A DNA stretch of 64,000 nt from Nitrososphaerales archaeon. GTDB taxonomy: Archaea; Thermoproteota; Nitrososphaeria; Nitrososphaerales; UBA213. The notes beneath the pieces are model-generated. The model was not told where the DNA came from. It searched no databases and saw only the letters and a program-made list of their open reading frames with translations. Shown one piece after another: positions 43,426 to 53,189 of the stretch (the stretch's first letter is position 1; each line of letters begins with the position of its first letter). The position numbers and the translations under genes are program-made. The stretch covers positions 416,001 through 480,000 of the forward strand of contig CBDAOC010000020.1 in NCBI GenBank assembly GCA_965197925.1. Reading direction: 5' to 3'.

Positions 43426-43785
43426 TCACACTTTTGACAACCTTTTGACTAATTCATCCATCACATCAATCACATCACGCGCTGATCCTTCGTCAACATC
43501 ACTTTCTTTTGTCACGTTTATCTGTTGAGCCACCCGTTTAATAACCTCCTTCGTATTAATATCCCATAAGCCTATTAATTCAATTAACACAAGGCTATAG
43601 ATGACAGCTCTGATCTTTGCTCTACTCTGCTTCAATAGTCTATAATAAGCCCCTTTGCTCCTCCCGCGTACACTTAACTCTCCCTTAAGCCTCTTACAAA
43701 TTATGTCTAATTGACTGTGTGTTATTAAAGAATTTTCAATTATGAATTGCAATATATCAGTATTTTTTATTCCACCACTATCCAT
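43426..43785 (-). CDS. Hypothetical HTH-like protein
   Basis: S.IT..QL..I and SKGAYYRLLKQSR helix pattern. Confidence 0.7.
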   Translation of the reverse strand: MDSGGIKNTDILQFIIENSLITHSQLDIICKRLKGELSVRGRSKGAYYRLLKQSRAKIRAVIYSLVLIELIGLWDINTKEVIKRVAQQINVTKESDVDEGSARDVIDVMDELVKRLSKV

Positions 43786-43855
43786 TTAGTCTACCATATT
43801 TGTATAGCTCATATAGACAATAAAGATATATCTTAAAGGGAATTCAAATTCCACA

Positions 43856-44602
43856 ATGGGACCTATAGAGAAGAAGCTCTGCCGACAAGCTAAAACTAAC
43901 ACATTGTGCTTTGTGCTAATTGATTCTGAATCACTCTCAATCAGCAGGGCGTGCAGTATGGCAGAAAAAGCGGAGAATGCAGGTGCCGCTGCTATACTTG
44001 TTGGCGGCTCTTCAACAATGGATCAGATAGAGCTAAACAGTGTAGTTACATCGGTAAAAAAAACCGTTAGTATCCCGGTCATACTCTTTCCAGGAAACGT
44101 TACAGGAATATCGTCTTATGCAGACGCAATACTTTTCAGCTCTTTATTAAATTCTGATAATACATACTTTATAACCCAGGCCCAAGCCCTTGGTGCAGTC
44201 GCCGTAAAAAAACACAATATCGAGGCAATACCCATGGCCTATATCATAATAGGAGAGGGAAGTTCAGTCTGGTTTGTAGGCAGAGCAAGGGGAATACCTT
44301 TCGATAAACCGAAACTAGCGGTAATGTACGCTCTTGCCGCTCAATATATGGGCATGAGATCTCTATATTTAGAGGCTGGTTCGGGCGCATCGTCTCATGT
44401 AAGTCCTCAGATGGTTAATGCCGTAAGGCAAAACTATGATGGATTGCTCATAGTTGGAGGAGGTATAAGGGAAGTGAAAACAGCTAGAGACCTGGCAAAA
44501 GCGGGTGCAGATGTGATAGTAATAGGAACGATATTTGAGAAAAGGGGCTCCGAAAAATTATTGAGAGATATAGCAAATGCCACCAAGTCTGTTAAAAAAT
44601 AA
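43856..44602 (+). CDS. Geranylgeranylglyceryl phosphate synthase
   Basis: LVGGS, PVILFPG, YLEAGSGA, VGGGIR, ADVIVIGT. Confidence 0.93.
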   Translation: MGPIEKKLCRQAKTNTLCFVLIDSESLSISRACSMAEKAENAGAAAILVGGSSTMDQIELNSVVTSVKKTVSIPVILFPGNVTGISSYADAILFSSLLNSDNTYFITQAQALGAVAVKKHNIEAIPMAYIIIGEGSSVWFVGRARGIPFDKPKLAVMYALAAQYMGMRSLYLEAGSGASSHVSPQMVNAVRQNYDGLLIVGGGIREVKTARDLAKAGADVIVIGTIFEKRGSEKLLRDIANATKSVKK

Positions 44603-45068
44603 TTTGATTGTATTCTAAATATTAAGAGCTGTTTGGTGTGTGGCATTTTCCAGCTTATCTAGCTAATCATTACTTTCGCCTCAATCACCCCCCATTAGAG
44701 GGATAATATATCGAATGTTGATGCCCTACTCCATATCTTTACAGTCGAGATAATTCCGTTCAAATATCATTTTAAATCATTTTAAATACCAATTTAAAGC
44801 AAATAGAATATCATCTTAATTTATAATCTGAAATAATCAATAACTTCCCTCATGAATTTGTTACCATAATTGCAACACATCTATTACAGGGAGAATAAAC
44901 TAGGTTTAGTTCAATACTTGATTCGTATGTTTTACTTTATAGATCATGGTGCAATACTAAATTTAATGATACTAACTACTAACCAACAGAAGTATTACCA
45001 CATTAATGGAGCTCTCGATTGACTGCCAATTCTTATTAACTACTATTTCTTCACAAAGATAGTTTAAA

Positions 45069-45251
45069 ATGCGCTGCCTCATATGTGGAGCCCCATTTGC
45101 CTTTGACAAGGGAAAGGGTATAAGTTACAGGAACAAGCCGATCTGTGATGAATGTCTACTGAGCTTGATGATGGTATGCTTGGATAAGCATAAGGAAGGA
45201 GTCAAGAGGTATATTAAACAAGAGATAAAGCTAGAACACTACAGCGATTGA
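45069..45251 (+). CDS. Small zinc-finger protein
   Basis: CLICG..ICDEC, 60 aa. Confidence 0.55.
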   Translation: MRCLICGAPFAFDKGKGISYRNKPICDECLLSLMMVCLDKHKEGVKRYIKQEIKLEHYSD

Positions 45252-46571
45252 TTATTTAACTAGATGAATATAGTCGTGTGCCCCAATACCCCCGTCAAAA
45301 GCATAATGTACCTTTTGGAACGATTGTCGAAATTCAGCAACATCATTGCTCACCTTACTTACCTCTTCTCCGCAAATAACAACACGCTTCATCAAGGAAG
45401 CTATCTCACTGACCTCACTTTCCTTCATTCCCAACCGTGTTATCTCTGAAGTGCCTAACCTTATACCACCAGGGTGCATGTAATGCCTTCTTGCCTTTAT
45501 GTCGCCAGGCAATAACTGCCTATTGCATATAACACCAGCTTTTTCTAAACTCTGCTCTATAGTACCACCATCACCATATTTGCTTACATCAACCACAATC
45601 TGATGTGATTTCGTAAACCCATTCTTTTCCCCTAGTATATCGAAACCGCTATTGTAAAGGGCTTGAGCAAGCGCCTTGGCATTTTTTATGACTTGCCAAG
45701 CATATTCTCTCCCGAATTCCAACATCTCAGCAAGCGCAATCGCCTTTCCTGCTACATGATGTAAGTGATGATTGCTAGTGTTACCCGGAAATGTCGCCTT
45801 CTTTATTGCTTCCCCATATTGTTCAAAACCAAGAATCATTCCTCCTTGAGGACCGAACAATGTTTTGTGCGTACTCATAGTCATCACTTCTGCTCCCTCT
45901 CTTAATGGATCCTGAAAATGCTTTCCAGCTATCAACCCAGCTACATGTGCAGCATCGTAGCAGATAAAAATGCCATTACTTTTCAGATAATCCGCCAGCT
46001 CTCCTATAGGATGCGGGAAGAGGAATAAACTTGCCCCGAACATCACAATTGTAGGTTTTTTTTGAGCTCCCATCAAACTTTCTATCTTTTTTTTGCTTGC
46101 ATCTACGTCAATATTCATCTCTTCCTTGTCAAACGCAAATGTCTCTACCGATAAACCCCTCACGAAACCAGCTGTACCAGCATTCTCTCTTTTACCATGT
46201 GAAATATGTCCTCCACTTGGGATTGATAACGCTAACATTGTATCAGAAGGTTGCGCGAACGCAGAATAAATTGCAAGATTGGCACACACACCTGAAACTG
46301 GTCTCACATCAGCAAACTCTGCTTCAAACAACCGTTTTGCAAGATCCATGCAAATCAATTCTACCTTGTCGATGTATATGCACCCTGCATACACTCTTTC
46401 GCCAGGCCAGCCCTCCGCATACCTGTTGCCAAAATCACTCAACATTGTTTCCCTGACGGCCGGGCTTGGGACATTTTCGCTAGCAACAAGAGGTATTGAC
46501 CGCTTGAACCAGTTATGGTGGTCCTCGATAAATTTACGCACATCTCGGTAAGAATCCTGTGCGTTACCCAT
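45252..46571 (-). CDS. glyA: Serine hydroxymethyltransferase
   Basis: LVASEN, RYAEG, DAAHVAGL, STHKTLFGPQGG, GIRLGT. Confidence 0.96.
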   Translation of the reverse strand: MGNAQDSYRDVRKFIEDHHNWFKRSIPLVASENVPSPAVRETMLSDFGNRYAEGWPGERVYAGCIYIDKVELICMDLAKRLFEAEFADVRPVSGVCANLAIYSAFAQPSDTMLALSIPSGGHISHGKRENAGTAGFVRGLSVETFAFDKEEMNIDVDASKKKIESLMGAQKKPTIVMFGASLFLFPHPIGELADYLKSNGIFICYDAAHVAGLIAGKHFQDPLREGAEVMTMSTHKTLFGPQGGMILGFEQYGEAIKKATFPGNTSNHHLHHVAGKAIALAEMLEFGREYAWQVIKNAKALAQALYNSGFDILGEKNGFTKSHQIVVDVSKYGDGGTIEQSLEKAGVICNRQLLPGDIKARRHYMHPGGIRLGTSEITRLGMKESEVSEIASLMKRVVICGEEVSKVSNDVAEFRQSFQKVHYAFDGGIGAHDYIHLVK

Positions 46572-46829
46572 ACAACCTATGATAAGTGCCTTAATTTAAA
46601 ATATCTCCTCAATTCTGTAACTATAATTCAGTAATACAAACAGGTAAAGATTCATTGTAGGTAATTTATGGAAGATAAAAAGATATTATTTTGGTAGAGC
46701 CAGGGATTATAAGGTCTTGCATGACCCATTGACCTTAAAAGTAACTTGTTAAATCCGTAGTAATAAATCATTACCTAGAACCCATTTTTGGGTGCAGTGA
46801 TTGTGGATAGCTAATAATCGAATGTGATG

Positions 46830-47132
46830 GGCTCTGTAGAAACCATAGATTTTATCCTGTTGTCACGGAATTTCACCATAAGAACAATGTATCACATGTG
46901 ACTCCTGCCTAATCATGAAATAGTCAAAGTCTGTCAAACTTGCTAGAACGAAGTTTCATGTTTTGTAAAGGGCTAGAGTAACACTCAACATACATGAGAA
47001 GAACAATCATATCCACACTGTATGACAGCAAACGATCCCTCTAATATTCACGCAGTATGAAGGGAAAGAGCTATAGGAGGTTTGTGGAATGGTTGCATAA
47101 GCATACTGCCTGAGAATGTTCCTCCAGTTAGA
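46830..47132 (+). mobile_element. Decayed left-end fragment of IS family B
   Basis: Starts GGCTCTGTAGAAACCATAGATTTTA; later CAGTATGAAGGGAAAGAGCTATAG..GTTTGTGGAATGGTTGCAT matches the 17625-18587 element. Confidence 0.8.
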
Positions 47133-47167
47133 TATAATCAAAAAAGGTAAGATCTAATCATACCATA

Positions 47168-47383
47168 CTATTTTCGTTCAAGTTCAGACTTTACCACTTC
47201 TTTTACCCACAAACCCGTTTCATTAGCCTTTAACAGCTTTCTTAAATATTGATTCCAGGTAAGTTTGCCATAAGCGTAACACCAATTATCATAATTTTGC
47301 TTCAACACTTGATGTGCCAATAGATGGTATTTGCAAAAATCTTTGGACTCTACATTTCTATTACAAACTTGACATATTACCAT
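47168..47383 (-). CDS. Small zinc-binding hypothetical protein
   Basis: CQVC..FCKYH, W..AYG, TG.WVKEV. Confidence 0.7.
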   Translation of the reverse strand: MVICQVCNRNVESKDFCKYHLLAHQVLKQNYDNWCYAYGKLTWNQYLRKLLKANETGLWVKEVVKSELERK

Positions 47384-47581
47384 GGAACGTATAGATTATA
47401 ATAAAATCAATTTAGTAAATCTTGTGTTTGTGAATAACATCTATGTTTAGTAGATTTGGAGTACAATAAAACTACTTTTTGAGTCTGGTAGTTACTAATA
47501 ACCAAGTAAGCGAATGACTTTTTTCATTATCTACATTAATGACCTCAAATTATATTAATAGATCTTTTACTAATTAAGTGC

Positions 47582-47911
47582 GTGCAACTGAGCAGGGCAG
47601 TTTCGATAGTTAGCATAATATACTTAATATTGATATTTGCATTGGCATCTGGGTTGATGCATGCGCTAATAGAAGGAGGCAGCTCACAACAACAATTTCT
47701 GTTAATTCCAGATAGATCAACACAGACACTCACGGAGGCTGTGTTAAGCACAATGATCTTTTTCTTTGGATTAGCAGGAGTTTACTTCATACACACTTCG
47801 ACCAAACCACAAATGGCAAAGACACAGAAGACATTTTTTATTGCGGGCTTCGCAATAATGGCAATTGCTCTCCTGGCAGGCTTCTTGATACTCCAATTCA
47901 AGGTGTCATAG
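47582..47911 (+). CDS. Three-TM protein resembling OSTC/DC2 (OST3/OST6 membrane domain)
   Basis: TM1 ending SGL, loop Q...E, TM2 with G..G, TM3 ending in K; similarity judged by eye. Confidence 0.6.
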   Translation: MQLSRAVSIVSIIYLILIFALASGLMHALIEGGSSQQQFLLIPDRSTQTLTEAVLSTMIFFFGLAGVYFIHTSTKPQMAKTQKTFFIAGFAIMAIALLAGFLILQFKVS

Positions 47912-48105
47912 GCCAGTTGGTTTACTTTTAATAACAATTTCCGAGTAGTTCTCAATTCTCTTATAATCAAATAATCATAATACATAATTCACAATTTAAT
48001 TGGGCTACTTTTAACATTGTCGTTAGATTCTATATAGGTTGTTCAAAAACCGATTTGGTCGAGACTCTTAAATGGCATACCCTCTAGCTTTAAGGGGATA
48101 TAATT

Positions 48106-49272
48106 ATGGATATTGACATCAACCTGTTGAGGCAAGATTTTCCAATTATGAATAAAGTAGCATACATGAATAATGCCTCATACACTCCAATGCCATCCCA
48201 TACCATCAAGGCAATGACAGACTTTTTAGTGGAATGTTCTACCTACGGACCAGATTCAACCATAATTATGAATAATTTAGAGAGAAAAACAAAAGAATTT
48301 CGGAACGAGATATCCAAATTGCTCAACTGTAACGCCAGTGAGGCGGTATTAACACAAAGTACCACTGAAGGGCTTAATTTTGTTGCCAATGGTTTAGAAT
48401 GGAAGGAGGGAGACACTGTAATCATAAGGGATGGTAATCATGAACATCCTGCAAACTATATACCTTGGATTTTATTGAAAAAGAAAGGCGTTAACATAAA
48501 GGAATTGAAAATTAATCACGATGGCTTCTTTAATATAAAAGACCTTGAGGAAGCAATAGATAATGAAAGAAACCCGAGACTTGTAGTTGTCAGCCACGCA
48601 TTATTCAACACTGGCTCAATTCTCCCGGTAGAAGAGATAGGAAATATAACTGCAAAAAAGAAAATCATGTTTTGCCTCGATGCAGCTCAGACTATTGGAT
48701 GTCTGCCTTTTGATGTTAGGAAGATCAGATGCGACTTTGCAGCGTTTCCAGGCTCCAAGTGGCTATGCGGTCCACTAGGTAGCGGAGTATTCTATTGTAA
48801 CAAGAAGGCATCTGAAAAGCTCTCTCCCCTGAGGAGCGGAGGAGAGTCGACCTTCATACTTGATGATGATAGGATAATCTACAGAGACATGCCTGCTAGA
48901 ATGGAGGCAGGTTTCAGAAATTGGGTGGGAATGGTTGGGCTGATGGCTTCCATACGTTACATCACGAGTTTGGGTATAAAGAATATAAGGAAAATGAACA
49001 TGAACTTATCTAGCATATTGACAGATGAGCTGAAAAAGATGAGACATGTCAATATCTTTGGACCGGAGAAAGAAAAAGACCGTACTAGCATAGTATCGTT
49101 TAATGTAAGAAAAGTACAAGCTGGAGATGTTGTTCACAAATTGGAAAAGAATGGAATTATATTTGCCAAAAGGGATTTATCGAAAAAAACTATAGTCAGA
49201 GCATCTCCACACTTTTTCAACCAAGAGAGGGAAATTAAAAGGGCATTGGAAGTTATCAAGAGCTTAGAGTGA
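48106..49272 (+). CDS. Class V PLP aminotransferase (SufS/EgtE-like)
   Basis: YMNNA, STTEGLN, EHPAN, DAAQ, GSKWLCGP, RASPH; no RxGxHC catalytic Cys loop. Confidence 0.88.
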   Translation: MDIDINLLRQDFPIMNKVAYMNNASYTPMPSHTIKAMTDFLVECSTYGPDSTIIMNNLERKTKEFRNEISKLLNCNASEAVLTQSTTEGLNFVANGLEWKEGDTVIIRDGNHEHPANYIPWILLKKKGVNIKELKINHDGFFNIKDLEEAIDNERNPRLVVVSHALFNTGSILPVEEIGNITAKKKIMFCLDAAQTIGCLPFDVRKIRCDFAAFPGSKWLCGPLGSGVFYCNKKASEKLSPLRSGGESTFILDDDRIIYRDMPARMEAGFRNWVGMVGLMASIRYITSLGIKNIRKMNMNLSSILTDELKKMRHVNIFGPEKEKDRTSIVSFNVRKVQAGDVVHKLEKNGIIFAKRDLSKKTIVRASPHFFNQEREIKRALEVIKSLE

Positions 49273-49282
49273 TTTGGTTTAC

Positions 49283-49516
49283 TTAACCCTCTATAACTAA
49301 CATAGTCAATGTTGATCTAACTTTTCCTATCTTTCGGAGCTTCCACGTAATAGTTTCCCTCAGCTTATCCATCGAATCTGCCTGAAGTCTCACTATAATG
49401 TCATATACTCCATAAACACCACTGACCTCAACCACATTTGGTAGCTTTTTTATTTCGTTTATTATCCCTTCTTCAGAGCCTAGGTCACAGTTTATCAAGA
49501 CGTACGCCGTGGGCAT
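49283..49516 (-). CDS. Standalone Lrp/AsnC ligand-binding domain protein
   Basis: AYVLINCDLGSE, GVYDII, VRSTLTM. Confidence 0.9.
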   Translation of the reverse strand: MPTAYVLINCDLGSEEGIINEIKKLPNVVEVSGVYGVYDIIVRLQADSMDKLRETITWKLRKIGKVRSTLTMLVIEG

Positions 49517-49620
49517 GATTCTATGGATGACAGTTCTATATTTAACTTCTTCCTCCGTTGCTACATTATCTTATCTTATATGTTTAATGAAAGTTATTGA
49601 TTTAATGCAAACAATACGGT

Positions 49621-50489
49621 CAACTCATCTCAAAACTAACCATTTAGACAATTTTTAGCGGCCATTTAGATCTATGAATAGCGACATCTAAAATTATTTT
49701 ATGAAATTCCAAGAATTATCAGACAAACAGTGGAGTATGATGGAATCACACATACCACCACATGCAAAAACTGGCAGGCCTAGGGATGATGATAGAAAAA
49801 TCATTAACGGAATAATCCATGTTCTAACTACTGGATGCCGATGGGACGATATGCCAAAAAGATATGGTGATGATTCTACTGCAAACAGAAGGTTAAACAA
49901 ATGGCAACAAAAAGGAATCTGGAAAAAGATTCTATCACGTACTATTCACTCAGCACATAAATCTGGCAAAATTAGTCTACAAATATCAGTTGACTCCATC
50001 CATTCCTAATAAAAAAGGGGCAATGTAACTGGATATAATGGATTCAAGAGAATAACAGGTACAAAAATACATGCCGCAGTAGAGAGTAACGGATTTCCAA
50101 TATCCATACTGTTGAGTCCAGCAAATGAACATGACAGTACAAAATGCATGGATGTTACAGGATCAATTTCAGACTATCTTGATGATGATTCAATACAACA
50201 GATAGAATCAGTTTATGCAGACAAAATGATGCAAAATACATCAGAATGTATTTGTGGGATAGAAATATTGCATGTTGCATCCCATACAAAATAAATTCCA
50301 AGTTCATCTTGCAAAATAACGATTACAAACATTACAGCAAGACAAGATTTGTAGTTGAGAGATTCCTTGCATGGCTCAAGAATGGATTTCACAGAACAAG
50401 AATCAGATATGAAAGAACGGCAGAAAACTACCTGGCATTTGTTAATCTCGCATCATTTTTGATGTATTGTAGGGTTTTGAGATGAGTTG
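49621..50489 (+). mobile_element. IS5-family element, defective; copy A2
   Basis: Near-identical to 9231-10110 in opposite orientation, same TIRs, extra small deletions; flanks GGT/GAT are not a perfect duplication. Confidence 0.92.
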
Positions 50490-51387
50490 GATATCTCCAG
50501 TTCCAATTCTTTTATCATATCTTTTGTCGAGTCATAATATGTTCTCCAAACATTCTCTTGAATGATGAGAACACGGATTCCATAATCAATCACTGTCCAT
50601 AGATTACGTTATCCTTCCAGTAATTGTAATTGGTCAGCTGCGATATCACAGATATCTTTCTTGGATAACAGCCTCTTGCCTTACCAGTTGAATTCTTTCC
50701 CAATGTAGTACTGGAATTATTCCCTTGTGATACAGACATGAGAAATTATTCTTGGAATCATATGCGCCGTCTTCCAGTACCTTTGTAATCTTGGACTTAT
50801 TGGCAGCTTGTTCCGCAAGAGAAGATTTTGGGCATCATGAGATGCTCATCTGTACTTTTGTACGATATCATCTTCTTGGATTTGATGCCAGCACCCACAT
50901 GTATCTTGAGAAATCCTCCTCTTGCTTTCCATTTATGTCTCATCTACTCTCCATGGTTAGCTATGATATCTGTAGAATCAATGGTAATGACAATATCCCT
51001 TCCTATATTTGGATTGACCTTGATGTCCAGTTTATTGATTCTACGGTTGATGGAGCTGTAGTTTGTTACCTTGGGAATACGTTTGGAATAATGTGCCTGC
51101 ACCATTCCTTGGGTTTATCTGTATGGCAATCCAAAATATGCACGTGTGTATTCCAGTAATTTCATGAAGGATTCTAGATATTGGTATTGTCTTCCTTCCT
51201 TTCCCTTGTTCATCTTATCTAGTTTTGTCTTCCAGGAATCTATCACGTCAAATGATATGATAATCTCACCTCTTCTTACTAGCGAATGATTGTATGTTTT
51301 CCAATTCATGAAATGACAGAAAATGTTATGATCTAAAGCTGGATTGGTAGAACAATCTAGATCAATTGGTTAATTAGGCAACAAGGC
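50490..51387 (-). mobile_element. Degraded IS5-family (ISH1/IS903-like) element; family E
   Basis: MNWKTYNHSLVRRGE N-terminus (51309), DGAYDS and ESVFSSFKRMFGE remnants across frames; TIR-like GCCTTGTTGCCTAA at 51387; 3' end cut by copy A2. Confidence 0.82.
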
Positions 51388-51520
51388 AAAATTCTGAATT
51401 AATCTACTAAAATACACCATGAAAACTCTTATGTAAGTTGAAAACCATAATTTTAACAAAAATTTTCCATATTTACTTATTATGTTCGAGTTTTCAAATA
51501 ACGGATTTTCAAATAACGGA

Positions 51521-52967
51521 ATGAATAACAAAAAACTGGGTTCGATAGTGATGGGTTTAGTTTTAGTTCTGTCATTGACTTCTATTTCCAAGCCTTCAGA
51601 AGCGGGTGTTTTCTCCTTCGAAGAAGGAGATCTTGTTGTAGGTGTGGCAAGTGGATTATTCAACGTGTATGACCAAACTGGATTCCTTAAATTAAGCATC
51701 GACTGCGGCGATGGTTTTACTACTGGTGGAGCGTTTGATGATGATGGCAATTTTTATGGGACCATGTTTACCAGCTCTACTTTGTGCAAAGTTGATACAG
51801 ATGGCGTAGTTCTAGATAGTTCCTTCGGAGGTCCATATAGTTCTCAACCCGAGTCAATAGTGTTTGATGGAGCAGGTAATTACTATGTAGGACACGCTAC
51901 AGGTGATCGGGATATTAAGATGTATGATGCTGACGGAAACTTTACTGAGTCGTTTGATGTAGCTACTGAAAGAATTAGCTCAGACTGGATTGACTTGGAT
52001 ACCGATCAATGCACAATGTACTACACCTCGGAAGGATTCCTTGTGATGAGGTATGATGTATGTGATGATACACAGTTAGCAGATTTTGCGACCCTTGACC
52101 ACACAGATGCTTTTGCCCTACGTCTACTCCCTGGAGGAGAACTGCTGGTTGCCGATAGTGTTGATATACACAGACTGGCTGTTAATAGTAGCATAATTAA
52201 GACATATGATGCGGATGGAGAGAACCGCTGGTTTTCCTTGAACCTTGATCCCGACGGGACATCGTTCTGGAGTGGGGACTTTATTACATCAAACATTTAC
52301 AAGTTTGACATAGAAAGCGGAGATGAACTTACAGACTTCAACACTGGAACAGGCACCAACACAGTATTCGGAATTACTATTGCGGGCGAAATTACTGTAG
52401 CAAGAGAGATCTGTGGTGACGGGATTGACAATGACAAAGACGGTGAAATTGACGAGGGTTGTGACGTAGGAGGAGATGTCAACTGTAACTTGTTAGAACC
52501 AACAATCGTAGGTACTAGTGGCAATGACATTATAAATGGAACTAGTGCGGCTGACATAATTCATGGATTGGGAGGTAACGACACTACGTGGCTTTGGTGG
52601 TGACGACACAATCTGCGGTGGAGATGGAGATGATAAATTATTTGGCGGTGATGGTAACGATAAAGCAATTGGTGGACAGGGAAACGACTTCATAAGCTTG
52701 GGTAAAGGAGACGACATAGCATTTGGAAATGAAGACAGGGATAGGATATTCGGTGGTGTAGGTAATGATAACCTAGGCGGTGGTGAAGGTGATGACAGTT
52801 TATTTGGGCAGGATGGCGATGACAACCTATCAGGTGGTGAAGGCCGGGACTTTCTAAGTAGCGGAGAGAATGATGCGAGAGGAGACTTCTGTGCAGACGG
52901 TGAAATAACGATACTATGCGAAGCTACCAATGGACCAATTTCACTTACTAGTCCAGCTAGCAATTAG
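51521..52967 (+). pseudogene. Secreted beta-propeller protein with DGxDNDxDGxIDEGC motif and RTX repeats, one frameshift near 52585
   Basis: Signal peptide; acidic NHL-like repeats; GG.G.D nonapeptides continue in another frame (52563-52967). Confidence 0.82.
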
Positions 52968-53110
52968 GAAACCCTAATCTAAACATACAAGCACAAAACT
53001 CTCTTTCTTTTTTGTTTTTTTCCTAATTTAGACACGGTCATCCAAAATAATTCTACATTTTCCATGAGCTAGAGATATGAAATATATGGGAATTCAATGC
53101 CTCATAATTT

Positions 53111-53189
53111 GGGGTCCGGATTCATCCTTGTATAGAGTATTGTCTATACCGAGCATACGGCCCCCCGAGCTCAGGTGGGTCTGGATCCC
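53111..53189 (+). ncRNA. Putative structured small RNA (three-way junction), unclassified
   Basis: 14-bp terminal stem with four G-U pairs, two internal hairpins, AATATAT box ~25-30 nt upstream, TTTT downstream. Confidence 0.55.
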
